A DNA stretch of 64,000 bases from Sterolibacterium sp. (GTDB lineage: Bacteria > Pseudomonadota > Gammaproteobacteria > Burkholderiales > Rhodocyclaceae). The translations under genes were made by a program, and so were the position numbers. The stretch is from contig JBAYVU010000015.1 of assembly GCA_041674385.1 (NCBI GenBank), positions 681 through 64,680 on the forward strand, written 5' to 3'. Positions 30,143 through 44,071 of the stretch are shown here, piece by piece; the first letter of the stretch is position 1, and every line of letters starts with the position of its first letter. The notes under the pieces are model-generated. The model made no database searches. It saw only the letters and a program-made list of their open reading frames with translations, and was not told where the DNA came from.

Positions 30143-31054
30143 ATGACCCTGTTTTCCATTGTCATCGCTCTGATACTTGAGCAGGTACGGCCTGTGCCAC
30201 AACAGCGCTTCGTGCTGAGGCCGCTGGCGCGTTATGCGTGTTTTCTTGAAGAGCGCTTCAACGATGGACAGCGGCATCACGGCAGGATTGCCTGGCTGGT
30301 CGCCGTGTTGCCGCCGGTATTGCTGATACTCGTGCTGCAAATCCTGTTGGCTTGGTGGCAGCCCTTGTTGGCGTTGCCGCTCGGTGTCGCGGTGGTCTAT
30401 TTGACGATGGGTTTTCGCCAGTTCAGTCACTATTTCACCGACATCCACTTGGCTTTGCGCATGGGTGAACTGGAGCGGGCACGCTCGCTGCTCGGCGAAT
30501 GGCGCGGACGTTCCGCCGATCGGCTGGCCTCGGGTGAGGTGGCGCGGCTGGCGATCGAGCAGGCGCTGGTGGCTTCGCATCGCCATGTATTTGCGCCGCT
30601 GTTGTGCTTTTTTCTGCTCGGACCGGCTGGGGCACTGCTGTATCGGTTGGCCCTGTTCTTCGGCGGTCAATGGGGCCGGCCGGGTTACGGGGCTTTTGGA
30701 GAATTTGCCCAGCGGGCATTTTATTGTCTCGACTGGCTGCCACTGCGCATCACTGCCGCAAGCTTCGCCATGGTCGGCGACTTCGAGGACGCGGTCTATT
30801 GTTGGCGCACTCAGGCGGCCGGCTGGCCCGAGGCCGGCATCGGCATACTGCTCGCCAGCGGCGCTGGTGCGCTGGGTGTGCGTCTTGGCCTGCCGGTGAA
30901 TGAGGCTGGCGAGCCGAATGAGCGTCCGGAACTGGGTCTCGGCGATGAGGCCGATGTCGATTTCATGCAAAGCACGATAGGACTCGTGTGGCGCACCCTG
31001 GTACTTTGCCTGCTGTTGCTGGCATTGTTCTGGGTGGCTAGTTGGGTAGGTTGA
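30143..31054 (+). CDS. CobD/CbiB-family (AmpE-like) membrane protein
   Basis: Polytopic protein with an N-terminus, MTLFSIVIALILEQVRP, typical of the family. Confidence 0.6.
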   Translation: MTLFSIVIALILEQVRPVPQQRFVLRPLARYACFLEERFNDGQRHHGRIAWLVAVLPPVLLILVLQILLAWWQPLLALPLGVAVVYLTMGFRQFSHYFTDIHLALRMGELERARSLLGEWRGRSADRLASGEVARLAIEQALVASHRHVFAPLLCFFLLGPAGALLYRLALFFGGQWGRPGYGAFGEFAQRAFYCLDWLPLRITAASFAMVGDFEDAVYCWRTQAAGWPEAGIGILLASGAGALGVRLGLPVNEAGEPNERPELGLGDEADVDFMQSTIGLVWRTLVLCLLLLALFWVASWVG

Positions 31055-31081
31055 GTTGTTTATTTATCAGGAGAAGCAAAC

Positions 31082-32272
31082 ATGGCTGACAAGAGAGAAA
31101 TCGTAATATTAAGTGCGGTGCGTTCCGCAATCGGGGCTTTCGGCGGATCGCTGAGCGGGATCGAGCCGTCCGAACTGGCTGGCATGGTCATGAAGGAAGC
31201 CGTGAATCGCTCCCGAGTCGACCCCAAGCAAATCAATTATGTGACGGTCGGCAACTGCATCCCGACCGACTCTCGTTACGCCTATGTGGCCCGTGTTGCC
31301 TCGATCCAGGCCGGCCTGCCGATGGACTCGGTGGCCATGGCGGTGAATCGCCTGTGCAGTTCCGGTCTGCAGGCCATCGTCAGCACTTCCCAGGCGATTA
31401 TTCTGGGCGATTGCGACTACGGCATCGGCGGCGGCGTGGAAGTGATGTCGCGCGGCAGCTACATGGCGCCGGCTTTGCGTTCCGGCGCCCGCATGGGCGA
31501 CACCAAGATGGTCGACATGATGGTGGCTGTGCTGACCGATCCCTTCGACCAGGTTCACATGGGGCTTACCGCCGAGACCTTGGCCAGCAAATGGGGCATC
31601 AGCCGTGAGCAGCAGGACGCTTTCGCGGTCGAGTCGCAGCGCCGCGCCGCTGCGGCCATCGCCGAAGGCCGCTTCAAGTCGCAGATCGTGCCGATCGTGC
31701 TGCAGAGCAAGAAGGGCGACGTGGTGTTCGATACCGATGAGCACCCCAAGTCCAACACGACTTTGGAATCCCTGGCCAAGATGAAACCCGCCTTCAAGAA
31801 GGATGGCGGCACCGTCACTGCCGGCAACGCTTCCGGTATCAACGATGGCGCTTCCTTCTTCGTGCTGGCCGAAGCCGCCGCCGCCGCCAAGGCCGGCCAT
31901 CAGCCGATAGCCCGTCTGGTGGCGTATGCGCTGGCTGGCGTGCCCAACGGACTCATGGGCGAAGGGCCGATTCCGGCATCCAAGCTGGCATTGCAGCGCG
32001 CCGGACTGACCCTGGACAAGATGGATGTGATCGAATCCAACGAAGCCTTTGCTTCCCAGGCGCTGGCGGTGGCCAAGGGACTCGGCCTGGACATGGCCAA
32101 GACCAACCCGAACGGCGGCGCGATTGCACTCGGACACCCGGTCGGTTGTTCCGGCGCGGCCATCGCCACCAAGGCCATCCATGAATTGCAACGCATTAAA
32201 GGTCGCTATGCCCTGGTGACCATGTGCATCGGCGGCGGCCAAGGAATCGCCTGCATTTTCGAACGTCTATAA
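31082..32272 (+). CDS. acetyl-CoA C-acetyltransferase (thiolase II)
   Basis: Active-site motifs NRLCSSGLQA, NGGAIALGHP and CIGGGQGIA are present. It could be the PhaA-type partner of the PHA cluster. Confidence 0.9.
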   Translation: MADKREIVILSAVRSAIGAFGGSLSGIEPSELAGMVMKEAVNRSRVDPKQINYVTVGNCIPTDSRYAYVARVASIQAGLPMDSVAMAVNRLCSSGLQAIVSTSQAIILGDCDYGIGGGVEVMSRGSYMAPALRSGARMGDTKMVDMMVAVLTDPFDQVHMGLTAETLASKWGISREQQDAFAVESQRRAAAAIAEGRFKSQIVPIVLQSKKGDVVFDTDEHPKSNTTLESLAKMKPAFKKDGGTVTAGNASGINDGASFFVLAEAAAAAKAGHQPIARLVAYALAGVPNGLMGEGPIPASKLALQRAGLTLDKMDVIESNEAFASQALAVAKGLGLDMAKTNPNGGAIALGHPVGCSGAAIATKAIHELQRIKGRYALVTMCIGGGQGIACIFERL

Positions 32273-32340
32273 GCGCTTGTCGGCTCCCGGCGTTTTCCCG
32301 GCATTGAGGAAATCATGGGAGCCGACCCTCTCACGTTAAT

Positions 32341-34349
<2,009 letters not shown>

Positions 34350-34405
34350 CCAACCGTAAAGCGTGGCCGCGAGGCGACGGACTGTTGGGCTTGGGTACTA
34401 GCGTA

Positions 34406-35008
34406 CTAGCCGGTCCGTTGCGCACGCCTGGTGACGCTCCGTAACAGCACCGTCACCGCTCCCCCGCCGCCGTCGGCGGCACGTGCCTGGCAGTAGGCCA
34501 GCACCTCTTGCCGGTTGGCAAGCCAGTGGCGTACCAATTCCTTCAGTACCGGCTCGCGTCCCGGCGAGCGCAATCCCTTGCCATGGACGATGCGCAGGCA
34601 ACGGTACCCGTGCGTCATGCTTTCAGCGAGAAACTCGCTGAGCGCCTGCCGCGCTTCTTCGCGGCCCATGCCATGCAGGTCGAGTTCATCCTGCATTACC
34701 CAGCGGCCGCGCCGCAAATCCCTGAGCAGCGTGCGCGCCAGGCCGTGGCGCAGGAAGGCCAACTCATCCCCGCCTTCGAGCAGAACGTCGAGCGGCGCCG
34801 GCGCCAGCGATTCGTTCAGCGCGGCGACTTCGTCGCGTCGATACTGGTGCGGGATCGGCGGAGGCGGCGGCGGTTCGTGATGAACCTTGCCGGAAACCAG
34901 CGGCACGGCATCTGCCACGGCTTCACGGAACAGCGCGCGCTCTTCGGGACTAGTGCCCGCAGTTGTCTCCAGGGTACTGAGACCAACAGGCGTGCGCCGC
35001 TGTTTCAT
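34406..35008 (-). CDS. Smr-domain protein
   Basis: C-terminal Smr motifs LDLHGM and IVHGKG are present. ATG at 35008 was verified; the track start at 35158 overlaps trxB. Confidence 0.75.
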   Translation of the reverse strand: MKQRRTPVGLSTLETTAGTSPEERALFREAVADAVPLVSGKVHHEPPPPPPIPHQYRRDEVAALNESLAPAPLDVLLEGGDELAFLRHGLARTLLRDLRRGRWVMQDELDLHGMGREEARQALSEFLAESMTHGYRCLRIVHGKGLRSPGREPVLKELVRHWLANRQEVLAYCQARAADGGGGAVTVLLRSVTRRAQRTG

Positions 35009-35018
35009 GTTTAGATGT

Positions 35019-36008
<990 letters not shown>

Positions 36009-36092
36009 CTAGGCTCATATTTGTCTCTAGGACCCTATTACTCCGATAGGGAATATGATAGTAGTATTAAAAGTTATTGTCCGGAGTGTTCC

Positions 36093-36767
36093 ATGACTTC
36101 TCCCCACTTGCCCGTTTCGATCGTCGCACTGCGTACCCTGCCGATGTTCGAAGCCCTCAGTAACGAGCATCTCGCGAAGATTGCCGGTTTCGCCTCTTTG
36201 CGCCAGATTCCCCGGCATACCACGGTACTTCAAGCCGGCGACCGCACCGACAATATTTATCTGATCCTGACTGGCGAGTTGGTGGTCCAGATCAGCGATC
36301 AGGAAGGACGCGAGGTTATCCTTTCGATACTCAACCCGGGCGAGATGTTCGGTGAAATGGGTGCGATGGACGATCACCCGCGCTCGGCCACGGTGGTGTC
36401 CTCCGAACCTTGCGATTTGGTGGTGATCGCCAAGGGCGACTTCAAGCGCTGCCTGGCGGAAAACCTCGAAGTCTCGCTGTACATCATTCACAGTCTGATC
36501 AAGCGTTTGCGCGATGCCGACCGCAAGATCGAGAGCTTGGCGCTGATCGACGTCTATGGGCGGGTCGCGCGCTTGTTGCTGGAAATGGCCGAAACCCAGG
36601 ATGGCCGCAAAGTCGTGACGCGCCGCATCACGCGGCAAGACATCGCCAAGACCATCGGCGCTTCGCGCGAGATGGTCAGTCGGGTGATGCGTGATTTGCA
36701 GCTGCGCGGCCTGATCAAAGAGAGCGACGGCTGCATCTGGTTGCGCGGGGAGATTGAAGGGGCTTGA
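36093..36767 (+). CDS. Crp/Fnr-family transcriptional regulator
   Basis: cNMP-binding fold (GEMFGEMG) and a C-terminal HTH (RQDIAKTIGASREMVSRVMRDL). ATG at 36093 was verified. Confidence 0.85.
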   Translation: MTSPHLPVSIVALRTLPMFEALSNEHLAKIAGFASLRQIPRHTTVLQAGDRTDNIYLILTGELVVQISDQEGREVILSILNPGEMFGEMGAMDDHPRSATVVSSEPCDLVVIAKGDFKRCLAENLEVSLYIIHSLIKRLRDADRKIESLALIDVYGRVARLLLEMAETQDGRKVVTRRITRQDIAKTIGASREMVSRVMRDLQLRGLIKESDGCIWLRGEIEGA

Positions 36768-36933
36768 CTGATGTCAGTAAACCGGACCGACTGCGCCGGG
36801 ATTGGCGGCGCTTTCCGGTGTTCTTCAAGCCTTTCCGGAGACATCCGCCGGTATAATCGCTGCATGCTTCTCCCACCATTTGTCCCGATGCCCCTTTCGT
36901 GTTGGCGAGGAACACCGCGCCGGAGCTAAGCAC

Positions 36934-39237
36934 TTGGCCGAAAAAAACATCGCCCAGCCGCTGCCCGAAAAAATCGTCGCTCTCCTGCAGGAGGCGCGCT
37001 GGCTGGTGCTGGCAGCGGTAGCCGGATATCTGGCCATGATCCTCGGCGGTTTCGATCCGGCCGATCCCGGCTGGTCGCATGCCGCGCCGGCAGAGCGCAT
37101 CGGCAACCCCGGCGGGCGTTTCGGCGCCTGGTTGGCCGACCTGCTCTTGTATCTTTTTGGCATATCGGCATGGTGGTGGGTGCTGTTCCTGCTGTTTTCC
37201 GTCATCTGGGGGTACCGCCGCCTTGACGGACTGGGGTTCATGTCAGGCGACCGGCGTCCGTTCCAGATTGCCTTGTGCGGCTTCCTGCTGCTGCTGGTCG
37301 GCAGTTGCGGCATCGAGACGATGCGTTTCTACAGTCTGAAGGTCCCGCTGCCGCTCGCCCCGGGAGGCATGTTCGGTTATGAGATCGGCAAATTTGCTGC
37401 CAGGCAATTGGGTTATAGCGGCGCTACGCTGATGCTGCTGGTTTCGTTTGCCGCCGGCATGAGCCTGTTTCTGGGGGTGTCCTGGCTGCGCTTCGCCGAA
37501 GGCGTCGGCGCCCTGCTCGAGATTGCCTGGCTGGGCGCCTATGGCTTGTGGCAAACCTGGCAGGACAGACGTATCGGTCGCTCGGTGGCTCAGCGGCGCG
37601 AAGCGGTGATCGAGGGCGAGCGCAAGAAAGTCGAAGAGAATCCGCCGCCGCCGATCAGGATAGAGCCGCAGCTCCTGGAAATTCCCAAGGCGCCCAAGCT
37701 GGAAGCGCGCATCGAGAAAGAGCGGCAGGCACCGTTGTTCTTCGATGCGCCGGGCGGCGCGTTGCCGCCACTGCATCTGCTCGACGAGCCTTCCCACAGC
37801 GCCGACGACCTGCCGGGGCCCGACACGCTGGAATATACCTCGCGCCTGATCGAGCGCAAGCTGGCCGACTTCGGCGTCGAGGCCAAGGTGCTGGCGGCCT
37901 ATCCCGGCCCGGTGGTGACGCGCTATGAAATCGAACCGGCAGTGGGCGTCAAGGGCAACCAGATCCTCAATCTCGCCAAGGATCTGGCGCGCGCCCTGAC
38001 GTTGGTCAGCATCCGCGTGGTCGAGACGGTGCCGGGGAAATCCTGCATGGCGCTGGAATTGCCCAATCCCAAGCGGCAGACCGTGCGCCTCACCGAAATC
38101 ATCGGCTCCAAGGCCTATCACAATTTGCACGCGCCGCTGGTGATCGCGCTCGGCAAGGACATTTCCGGTCAGCCGACGGTCGTCGATCTGGCCAAGATGC
38201 CGCACCTGCTGGTGGCCGGTACCACCGGTTCAGGCAAGTCGGTGGGCATCAACGCCATGATCCTGTCGCTGGTCTACAAGTCCGAACCGCAAGACGTGCG
38301 GCTGATCCTGGTCGATCCGAAGATGCTGGAACTCTCGGTGTATGAAGGCATTCCGCACCTGTTGGCGCCCGTGGTCACGGACATGAGCAAGGCCGCCAAC
38401 GCGCTGCATTGGTGCGTCGGCGAAATGGAGCGGCGCTACAAGCTGATGTCGGCGCTCGGCGTGCGCAATCTTTCCGGATTCAACGGCAAGATCCAGGATG
38501 CGCAGAAGGCCGGCACCTTCCTTTCCAATCCCTTCTCGATAACTCCCGAGACGCCCGAACCGCTCGAGACGCTGCCTTACATCGTCGTGGTGATCGATGA
38601 GCTGGCCGACCTGATGATGGTGGTCGGCAAGAAGGTCGAAGAACTCATCGCGCGCCTGGCGCAGAAGGCGCGCGCCTCGGGCATCCACCTGATCCTGGCG
38701 ACGCAGCGGCCGAGCGTGGATGTGATCACCGGCCTGATCAAGGCCAACATCCCGACGCGGATTTCCTTCCAGGTGTCGTCGAAGATCGACTCGCGCACCA
38801 TCCTCGACCAGATGGGTGCCGAGACCCTGCTCGGCCAGGGCGACATGCTCTTCCTCGCGCCCGGCACCGGCTTGCCGGTGCGGGTGCATGGCGCCTTCGT
38901 GTCCGACAGCGAAGTGCATCGTGTGGTCGAGCACCTGAAGAAAGTGGCCGAGCCGGATTATGTCGATGGAATTCTCGACGCGCCGCTCGGCGAGGCGGGC
39001 GGCGGCGCAGAGGGCGAACTTGCCGCGGCCAATGTCGAGAGCGACCCGATGTACGACCAGGCTGTCGAAGTCGTTATGAAGACGCGTCGTCCATCGATCT
39101 CGCTGGTTCAGCGCCACCTGCGCATCGGCTACAACCGCGCCGCGCGCCTGATCGAGCAGATGGAGCGGGCCGGGCTGGTTTCGGCCATGAACGGTGCGGG
39201 CAGCCGCGAAGTGCTGGTGCCGGAGAGGAACGAATGA
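36934..39237 (+). CDS. ftsK: DNA translocase FtsK
   Basis: N-terminal TM helices, Walker A GTTGSGKS, and a gamma winged-helix at the C-terminus. I prefer the TTG at 36934, which has GGAG 8 nt upstream. The track start at 36802 is also a TTG. Confidence 0.9.
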   Translation: MAEKNIAQPLPEKIVALLQEARWLVLAAVAGYLAMILGGFDPADPGWSHAAPAERIGNPGGRFGAWLADLLLYLFGISAWWWVLFLLFSVIWGYRRLDGLGFMSGDRRPFQIALCGFLLLLVGSCGIETMRFYSLKVPLPLAPGGMFGYEIGKFAARQLGYSGATLMLLVSFAAGMSLFLGVSWLRFAEGVGALLEIAWLGAYGLWQTWQDRRIGRSVAQRREAVIEGERKKVEENPPPPIRIEPQLLEIPKAPKLEARIEKERQAPLFFDAPGGALPPLHLLDEPSHSADDLPGPDTLEYTSRLIERKLADFGVEAKVLAAYPGPVVTRYEIEPAVGVKGNQILNLAKDLARALTLVSIRVVETVPGKSCMALELPNPKRQTVRLTEIIGSKAYHNLHAPLVIALGKDISGQPTVVDLAKMPHLLVAGTTGSGKSVGINAMILSLVYKSEPQDVRLILVDPKMLELSVYEGIPHLLAPVVTDMSKAANALHWCVGEMERRYKLMSALGVRNLSGFNGKIQDAQKAGTFLSNPFSITPETPEPLETLPYIVVVIDELADLMMVVGKKVEELIARLAQKARASGIHLILATQRPSVDVITGLIKANIPTRISFQVSSKIDSRTILDQMGAETLLGQGDMLFLAPGTGLPVRVHGAFVSDSEVHRVVEHLKKVAEPDYVDGILDAPLGEAGGGAEGELAAANVESDPMYDQAVEVVMKTRRPSISLVQRHLRIGYNRAARLIEQMERAGLVSAMNGAGSREVLVPERNE

Positions 39238-39851
39238 GCAGATGTTTGCTTTGCCTGCTCTGCGTATTTTGCGTTTTCTGCGGCGAATCCTTTGCATCAG
39301 GTCCCGACCAGTTCACAGCTTTCATCGCGGGGACCCAGAACGCCCGCGCCAATTTCACCCAGTCGGTCGTCAGCAAATCCGGGCGCAAGCCGCAAAACTC
39401 GCAAGGAAGCTTCGCCTTCTCGCGGCCCGGTAAGTTTCGCTGGATCTATGAAAAGCCGTATTACCAATTGCTCGTGGGCGATGGCGAGAAACTCTGGATC
39501 CATGACCCGGACCTGAACCAGGTTTCGGTCAAGAAGCTCGGCCAGGCGCTGGGCTCCAGTCCTGCCGCCTTGCTGGCAGGGGATGCGGCACTGGAGAAAT
39601 ATTTCATCATCAAGGATGCCGGTAGCGCTGAAGGACTGGAACTGATCGAAGCGACACCCAAGGGGCAGGACGGCAGCTTCGAGTGGGTACGCATCGGTTT
39701 CCGCGACAACCTGCCACGCAGCATGGAAGTGCGCGACAACTTCGGCCAGACCACCACGCTGCAATTCAGCCAGTTCGAGCGCAACCCCGCACTGCCGAGC
39801 GGCATGTTCCGCTTCGTGCCGCCCAAGGGCGCGGATGTGGTCGGTGAATGA
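39234..39851 (+). CDS. lolA: outer-membrane lipoprotein carrier protein LolA
   Basis: Signal peptide plus [34 protein letters not shown] overlap with ftsK. Confidence 0.85.
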   Translation: MSRCLLCLLCVFCVFCGESFASGPDQFTAFIAGTQNARANFTQSVVSKSGRKPQNSQGSFAFSRPGKFRWIYEKPYYQLLVGDGEKLWIHDPDLNQVSVKKLGQALGSSPAALLAGDAALEKYFIIKDAGSAEGLELIEATPKGQDGSFEWVRIGFRDNLPRSMEVRDNFGQTTTLQFSQFERNPALPSGMFRFVPPKGADVVGE

Positions 39852-39948
39852 TCGGCGAACGGCCGGCTCGTCCCCTCAACGGTCGTTGACTGAAGATGCC
39901 AGGTTCATACGAGGCGGCAAGCATGCTTGCACCTATCCTACTCTTCCA

Positions 39949-41253
39949 CTATCCCAGCCTATCCTCGATCATCTCCGCCACGAGCCTTGACGGGTCGGGG
40001 TTGTTGAAGTACGCGGCGGCCCGCCGGCAATTTTCCAGGATCGATTCGCTACCCAGCAGCATGGCAAGCCGCCGGCGCAGGCTACGCCTGTTTAAGCGAG
40101 CTTGAGGCAGGCCGAAGCCAACCCCCATCGCCTCGACCCTCGCCGCGTTATCGAACTGATCGAACGCCATCGGCACCACGATCTGTGGCAAGCCGGCGCG
40201 CAACGCCTCGGCAGTGCTGCCGATGCCGCCGTGATGCACCACCGCGGCAACATGCGGCAGCAGCTTGCAGAATGGCACATATTCAAACCACTTCACCCCC
40301 GGCGGCAAATGGGCAGGCAACTGTGCCGGGAATAATGTCAGGAAGATGGCGCGCCGCTGCAATTGCTGGCAGGCGTCGAGCGCAGCCTTGAATGCCTTGC
40401 CCGCGTGCTGCATCGCGCTACCGAAGGTGAACACGATGGGCGGATCGCCGGCGTCGAGGAACTGCTGCAATTCGTCGCTGAAAGTCTGCTCGGCAAATCC
40501 ATCGAAGAGCAGAAATTCCCCGCGCAGCAGATTCACCGGCCAGTCCGGCGGCGTGCCGTCGAACCAGGCGGGAAAAAGCGTTACCCCAAAGTCGGCGGCC
40601 TCATACAGCAAGGTCGCGTAGTTCTTGACCGGGTCCAGGCCATAGTCTGCGCGCAGCGCATTGATGTCCGGCAGCGTCAGCGGATCGAGGATATCGGCGT
40701 CGACGCGCTGCCATAGCCAGCGACGCATGCCGTATGGAACCCAGCGCGGAATGCGCAACGGGCCGAGAAGCATCGGATCGTGGCAGGTGCGTAAATTTGC
40801 CGGGGCGAGCCAGGCCGTGACCAGTTTCAGGCCGCCGATCCTGTCGCGCGCCGTGCTCGCCCCCGGCAGGGCGAGGGGATGCGCGATCACCACTGCCTCG
40901 GCGGCATCGGGCTGGCTGGCAATGAATTCCACGATCGGCTTCTGCACCGTCGCGCAACTGTGCCAGACCACCGCCAAACCCTTGCGCGGGTGCCACAAGT
41001 CAGGGTTGTTCAGCGCGGACTGGACATCGAGCAGGGTGCCGATCGGGTGAAAATCCAGCCCCGCCTGCGTTGCCATATCGCGGAAGACTTCGTTGGTGAG
41101 GAAACTGACGCGATGCCCGCGTGACTTGAGCGCGACGGCAAGGCCGAGAAAGGGGTGTACGTCGCCCATCGAACCGCAGGTGACGACAATGAATCTGCGT
41201 TGGCGACTCATGGGCAATCGAATTCTGTCGAATTTTCCATTGACCTGCGACAT
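39949..41253 (-). CDS. GT1/MGT-family glycosyltransferase (UDP-sugar dependent, RhlB/sterol-glucosyltransferase-like)
   Basis: N-terminal GSMGDVHPFLGLA and C-terminal HHGGIGSTAEALRAGLPQIVVPMAFDQFDNA. The start is ambiguous (41253 or 41211). Confidence 0.75.
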   Translation of the reverse strand: MSQVNGKFDRIRLPMSRQRRFIVVTCGSMGDVHPFLGLAVALKSRGHRVSFLTNEVFRDMATQAGLDFHPIGTLLDVQSALNNPDLWHPRKGLAVVWHSCATVQKPIVEFIASQPDAAEAVVIAHPLALPGASTARDRIGGLKLVTAWLAPANLRTCHDPMLLGPLRIPRWVPYGMRRWLWQRVDADILDPLTLPDINALRADYGLDPVKNYATLLYEAADFGVTLFPAWFDGTPPDWPVNLLRGEFLLFDGFAEQTFSDELQQFLDAGDPPIVFTFGSAMQHAGKAFKAALDACQQLQRRAIFLTLFPAQLPAHLPPGVKWFEYVPFCKLLPHVAAVVHHGGIGSTAEALRAGLPQIVVPMAFDQFDNAARVEAMGVGFGLPQARLNRRSLRRRLAMLLGSESILENCRRAAAYFNNPDPSRLVAEMIEDRLG

Positions 41254-41274
41254 TTATGACTCTGGGTCAATCAG

Positions 41275-41446
41275 CCTAGCGTATGCACACATCTCGACTA
41301 GCCCGTCGTTCCGGCGCAAGCCGGAACCCAGAAAGACGCGTCAATACTGGATCCCGGCTTGCGCCGGAACGACGGCGTCTGGTTTTGACCTGGTTGCGTA
41401 CACATTAAAATATGAACGGAAATACGACTTGTGTGCATACGCTAGG
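41275..41446. repeat. nested-palindrome REP/MITE-like element
   Basis: Outer 17-bp perfect IR: CCTAGCGTATGCACACA (41275-41291) with TGTGTGCATACGCTAGG (41430-41446). Inner 22-bp perfect IR: 41303-41324 with 41354-41375, core TTCCGGCGCAAGCCGGAA. Confidence 0.7.
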
Positions 41447-41466
41447 CGACATTCCCAGAGCGCATT

Positions 41467-43590
41467 TCACCATTTCAAAGTCAGGGTGGCATAGCCGCGC
41501 CGATCGAAAAGATTGCTGGCAATGTATTCCGTGTAACCTTTACCAAACAGGTTTTGCACCACCACGGCAAGTTCCCCCGTTAGCCCGTCATCTCGGCGAA
41601 ACGTCTTGGCAACACGGATATCCGTGCGTCGCTGGATTGGCTGATAATCAATCGCACCGCGGTCGAACGGTTGCAAGGAACCCTGATAGTAATAGGCGGC
41701 GCTGAAAGATAAACCCTGCGCCAGACGCTGAGAATAAAGCAAGCTGGCACTGTTTTTCGGAATACTGCTGGAAAGTTTGTCGCTGATCCACGGACTGGCC
41801 GGTCTGAAGTACCTCACTCCTGCCGCCCAGAGGGACGGGCTGTTGCTGCTGCATGTCTCATGGGCAAAGTTAACGGCCAGATTGCTGTCCTGACTGAATG
41901 AATGTTTAACGGTGGCCTCGAAACCCCGATAGTCGGAAGACATCCCGTTTACGAAGGTTTGCTTGTTGTCCAGATAAATCCCGTTGCCGACATGATTCTT
42001 GAATAGGCGAATATCCAGCAAGGTTCTCCAGTCGCGCATTTCGCCGAGATAGCCGATCTCGTGCGACACCAACCTTTCCGGCTGCAATCCGGCAGAGGTT
42101 GCAATCGCGCTGGGCAGATACAAGGCCCCGGGTTGAAGCGCCGGGGGATTCGTTTCGGCCAAAGAAGGTGTCCGATAAGCGACGGAAACACCTGTACGAA
42201 GTGTGTGTTGCGGCGTGATGTGATAATTCAGCGCCACGCGCGGCGATGTGTTGTCGTGACCCATGCCATCTCGCTCGAACATTGCACCGGTATTGAGCAG
42301 CAATTTATCGCTGATATGCCATTCGTCGTGCGCAAACACGCGGCTTTCTCTGATATTGAACGACGCGGAATAGGACTGCGGCAACAGGGCGGCGAAACTT
42401 GGCGGCAAGACCGGCGTACTGCCTTGCCCGCTGATGCGGTCTATCCGGTAAGCAGCCCCATAAACCAGTCGGTTTGATGACGACGTATGCAGCGTATGCT
42501 GGACTTCGATGTTGTCTTGGGTAGTTTGAGATGTCTGGGCAAACGGCGGGTTGGCAAAAAGAATCCCGGACAGGAAAACTTGAAAAGCCTCGCGTTGTTC
42601 TTGTTTGCTATGGTTGTATTGCAAACGGAACTCGGAAGCGTCTTCCAAGCGGCGTATCCACTCCAAATGGACAAATCCATTATTGGAGACCAGGTCGTGA
42701 TAGGTATTTCCGTTGGTGTTCCTGGGAGAAGTCGGGCTTGGGTTCTTATCGCTGAATCCGACACCTTGCACATTGTGGTTGAAGCCAAACTGAATGTCGA
42801 AGCGATCGACGCCATTCGGATGGTAATCGGCGCGGTAGTTCAGTATGTCTGCACGGCGGCTGTCGTTACTGTTGTTGAGCAATGAATCGGCATGGAACTG
42901 GCTGATGGACATATTGTTGGGCGGCGAACTCAAATCGTCGTATCCGCGATCGGCAGCATGGGCCAGCGTCAGCCGGTAATCGAATATTTCGCCATGCCGG
43001 TCGAGACGAACGGAGAAATCGTTGATTCCCTTGCTTCCTTGAGTGACTGACAGTTTGTTCTCATTTGCCCCGCTGGGGCTTTTGGTGATGATGCTGATAA
43101 CTCCCTGGGTCGAGTTCGCGCCGTGCGATGCGGCTGCCGGACCGCGTATTACTTCGATGCGCTCGATGTCATCGACGGTGATCGGCAAGTTTCCCCAATC
43201 CACTGTACTGATAGGCGGCAGGTAGCTGCTACGGCCATCTATCATCACCTGCATGCGGCGCGCATATTGGTCGGTCGAGCCCAAGTAGGAAACAATGGCT
43301 TGACTGCTGCCTTTGTAGTAACTCACATACATGCCGGGAACCAGCTTGAACAAATCCGGGATGGTTCGAAATCCGGATGCTTCGATCATCTTGCGATCGA
43401 TCACGGTCATGGCATTCGGCGCTTCCGATAAGGGCTGCTGTAGCCGCGACGCACTGAGAACCACGGGGAAATCTTGAAAGTAATCCAGCTCGCTGGCATA
43501 GTCGGCAGCAATGGCGCTCTGCACCGACAACCATAGCACCGAACAAATTGTGGCTGTGGCCCGTAGATGTGCCCCCGCTTGCTTTCGCAT
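41467..43590 (-). CDS. TonB-dependent outer-membrane receptor
   Basis: Signal peptide, plug motifs (IERIEVIRGPAAASHGANSTQGVISIITK), and a C-terminal beta-strand ending TLTLKW. Confidence 0.9.
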   Translation of the reverse strand: MRKQAGAHLRATATICSVLWLSVQSAIAADYASELDYFQDFPVVLSASRLQQPLSEAPNAMTVIDRKMIEASGFRTIPDLFKLVPGMYVSYYKGSSQAIVSYLGSTDQYARRMQVMIDGRSSYLPPISTVDWGNLPITVDDIERIEVIRGPAAASHGANSTQGVISIITKSPSGANENKLSVTQGSKGINDFSVRLDRHGEIFDYRLTLAHAADRGYDDLSSPPNNMSISQFHADSLLNNSNDSRRADILNYRADYHPNGVDRFDIQFGFNHNVQGVGFSDKNPSPTSPRNTNGNTYHDLVSNNGFVHLEWIRRLEDASEFRLQYNHSKQEQREAFQVFLSGILFANPPFAQTSQTTQDNIEVQHTLHTSSSNRLVYGAAYRIDRISGQGSTPVLPPSFAALLPQSYSASFNIRESRVFAHDEWHISDKLLLNTGAMFERDGMGHDNTSPRVALNYHITPQHTLRTGVSVAYRTPSLAETNPPALQPGALYLPSAIATSAGLQPERLVSHEIGYLGEMRDWRTLLDIRLFKNHVGNGIYLDNKQTFVNGMSSDYRGFEATVKHSFSQDSNLAVNFAHETCSSNSPSLWAAGVRYFRPASPWISDKLSSSIPKNSASLLYSQRLAQGLSFSAAYYYQGSLQPFDRGAIDYQPIQRRTDIRVAKTFRRDDGLTGELAVVVQNLFGKGYTEYIASNLFDRRGYATLTLKW

Positions 43591-44071
43591 GAGATTATTG
43601 CCCTCCGTCTATGTGCTCTTGGGTGTCAAGAACAAGAGTCCGGTTTTGTGGCAAACGAAATGTTTGCAGAAGCCATCTACAAGCCGAGCTATGACGTTCG
43701 ATCAAAGTCACCGGATAAATTCAATATGCATACCTGGATAATTCAGGGCGCACGCCAAAGCTTGTACCGGGAACCATAATCCTGCCACCGCTCGGAACCA
43801 CATCTTCGCCGGACATTCAGATATTCATGTTTCATTCTATCATTCCCTTCTCATAGGCGGTAAGCATAATCTTGCCGAAGTCGCCATTTTGGAACCACAC
43901 ACAAGGTGGCACAATTGGCGTTGACCGGCCAACTGCGGTCACTTGAGAAGTGTTCCCAAAGCAGACAGTCAAGCGCGTTTATGGACAAAAATCGAGTTCA
44001 CTCCGACATTGAGCCGGTTTACACCGACACTGCGGTTTTCTCCCGACAGCTATGTTGGAGAATACAAAGTT

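Noticed and set aside
43591-43940. Cobalamin or TPP riboswitch in the TonB-receptor leader
   Set aside because: An AGGGAA-like stretch exists. However, I could not find the B12-box/GCCACTG context, the GGTG..AA.CC segment, or the TPP CTGAGA/ACCTGA elements. Only a covariance-model scan could settle it.
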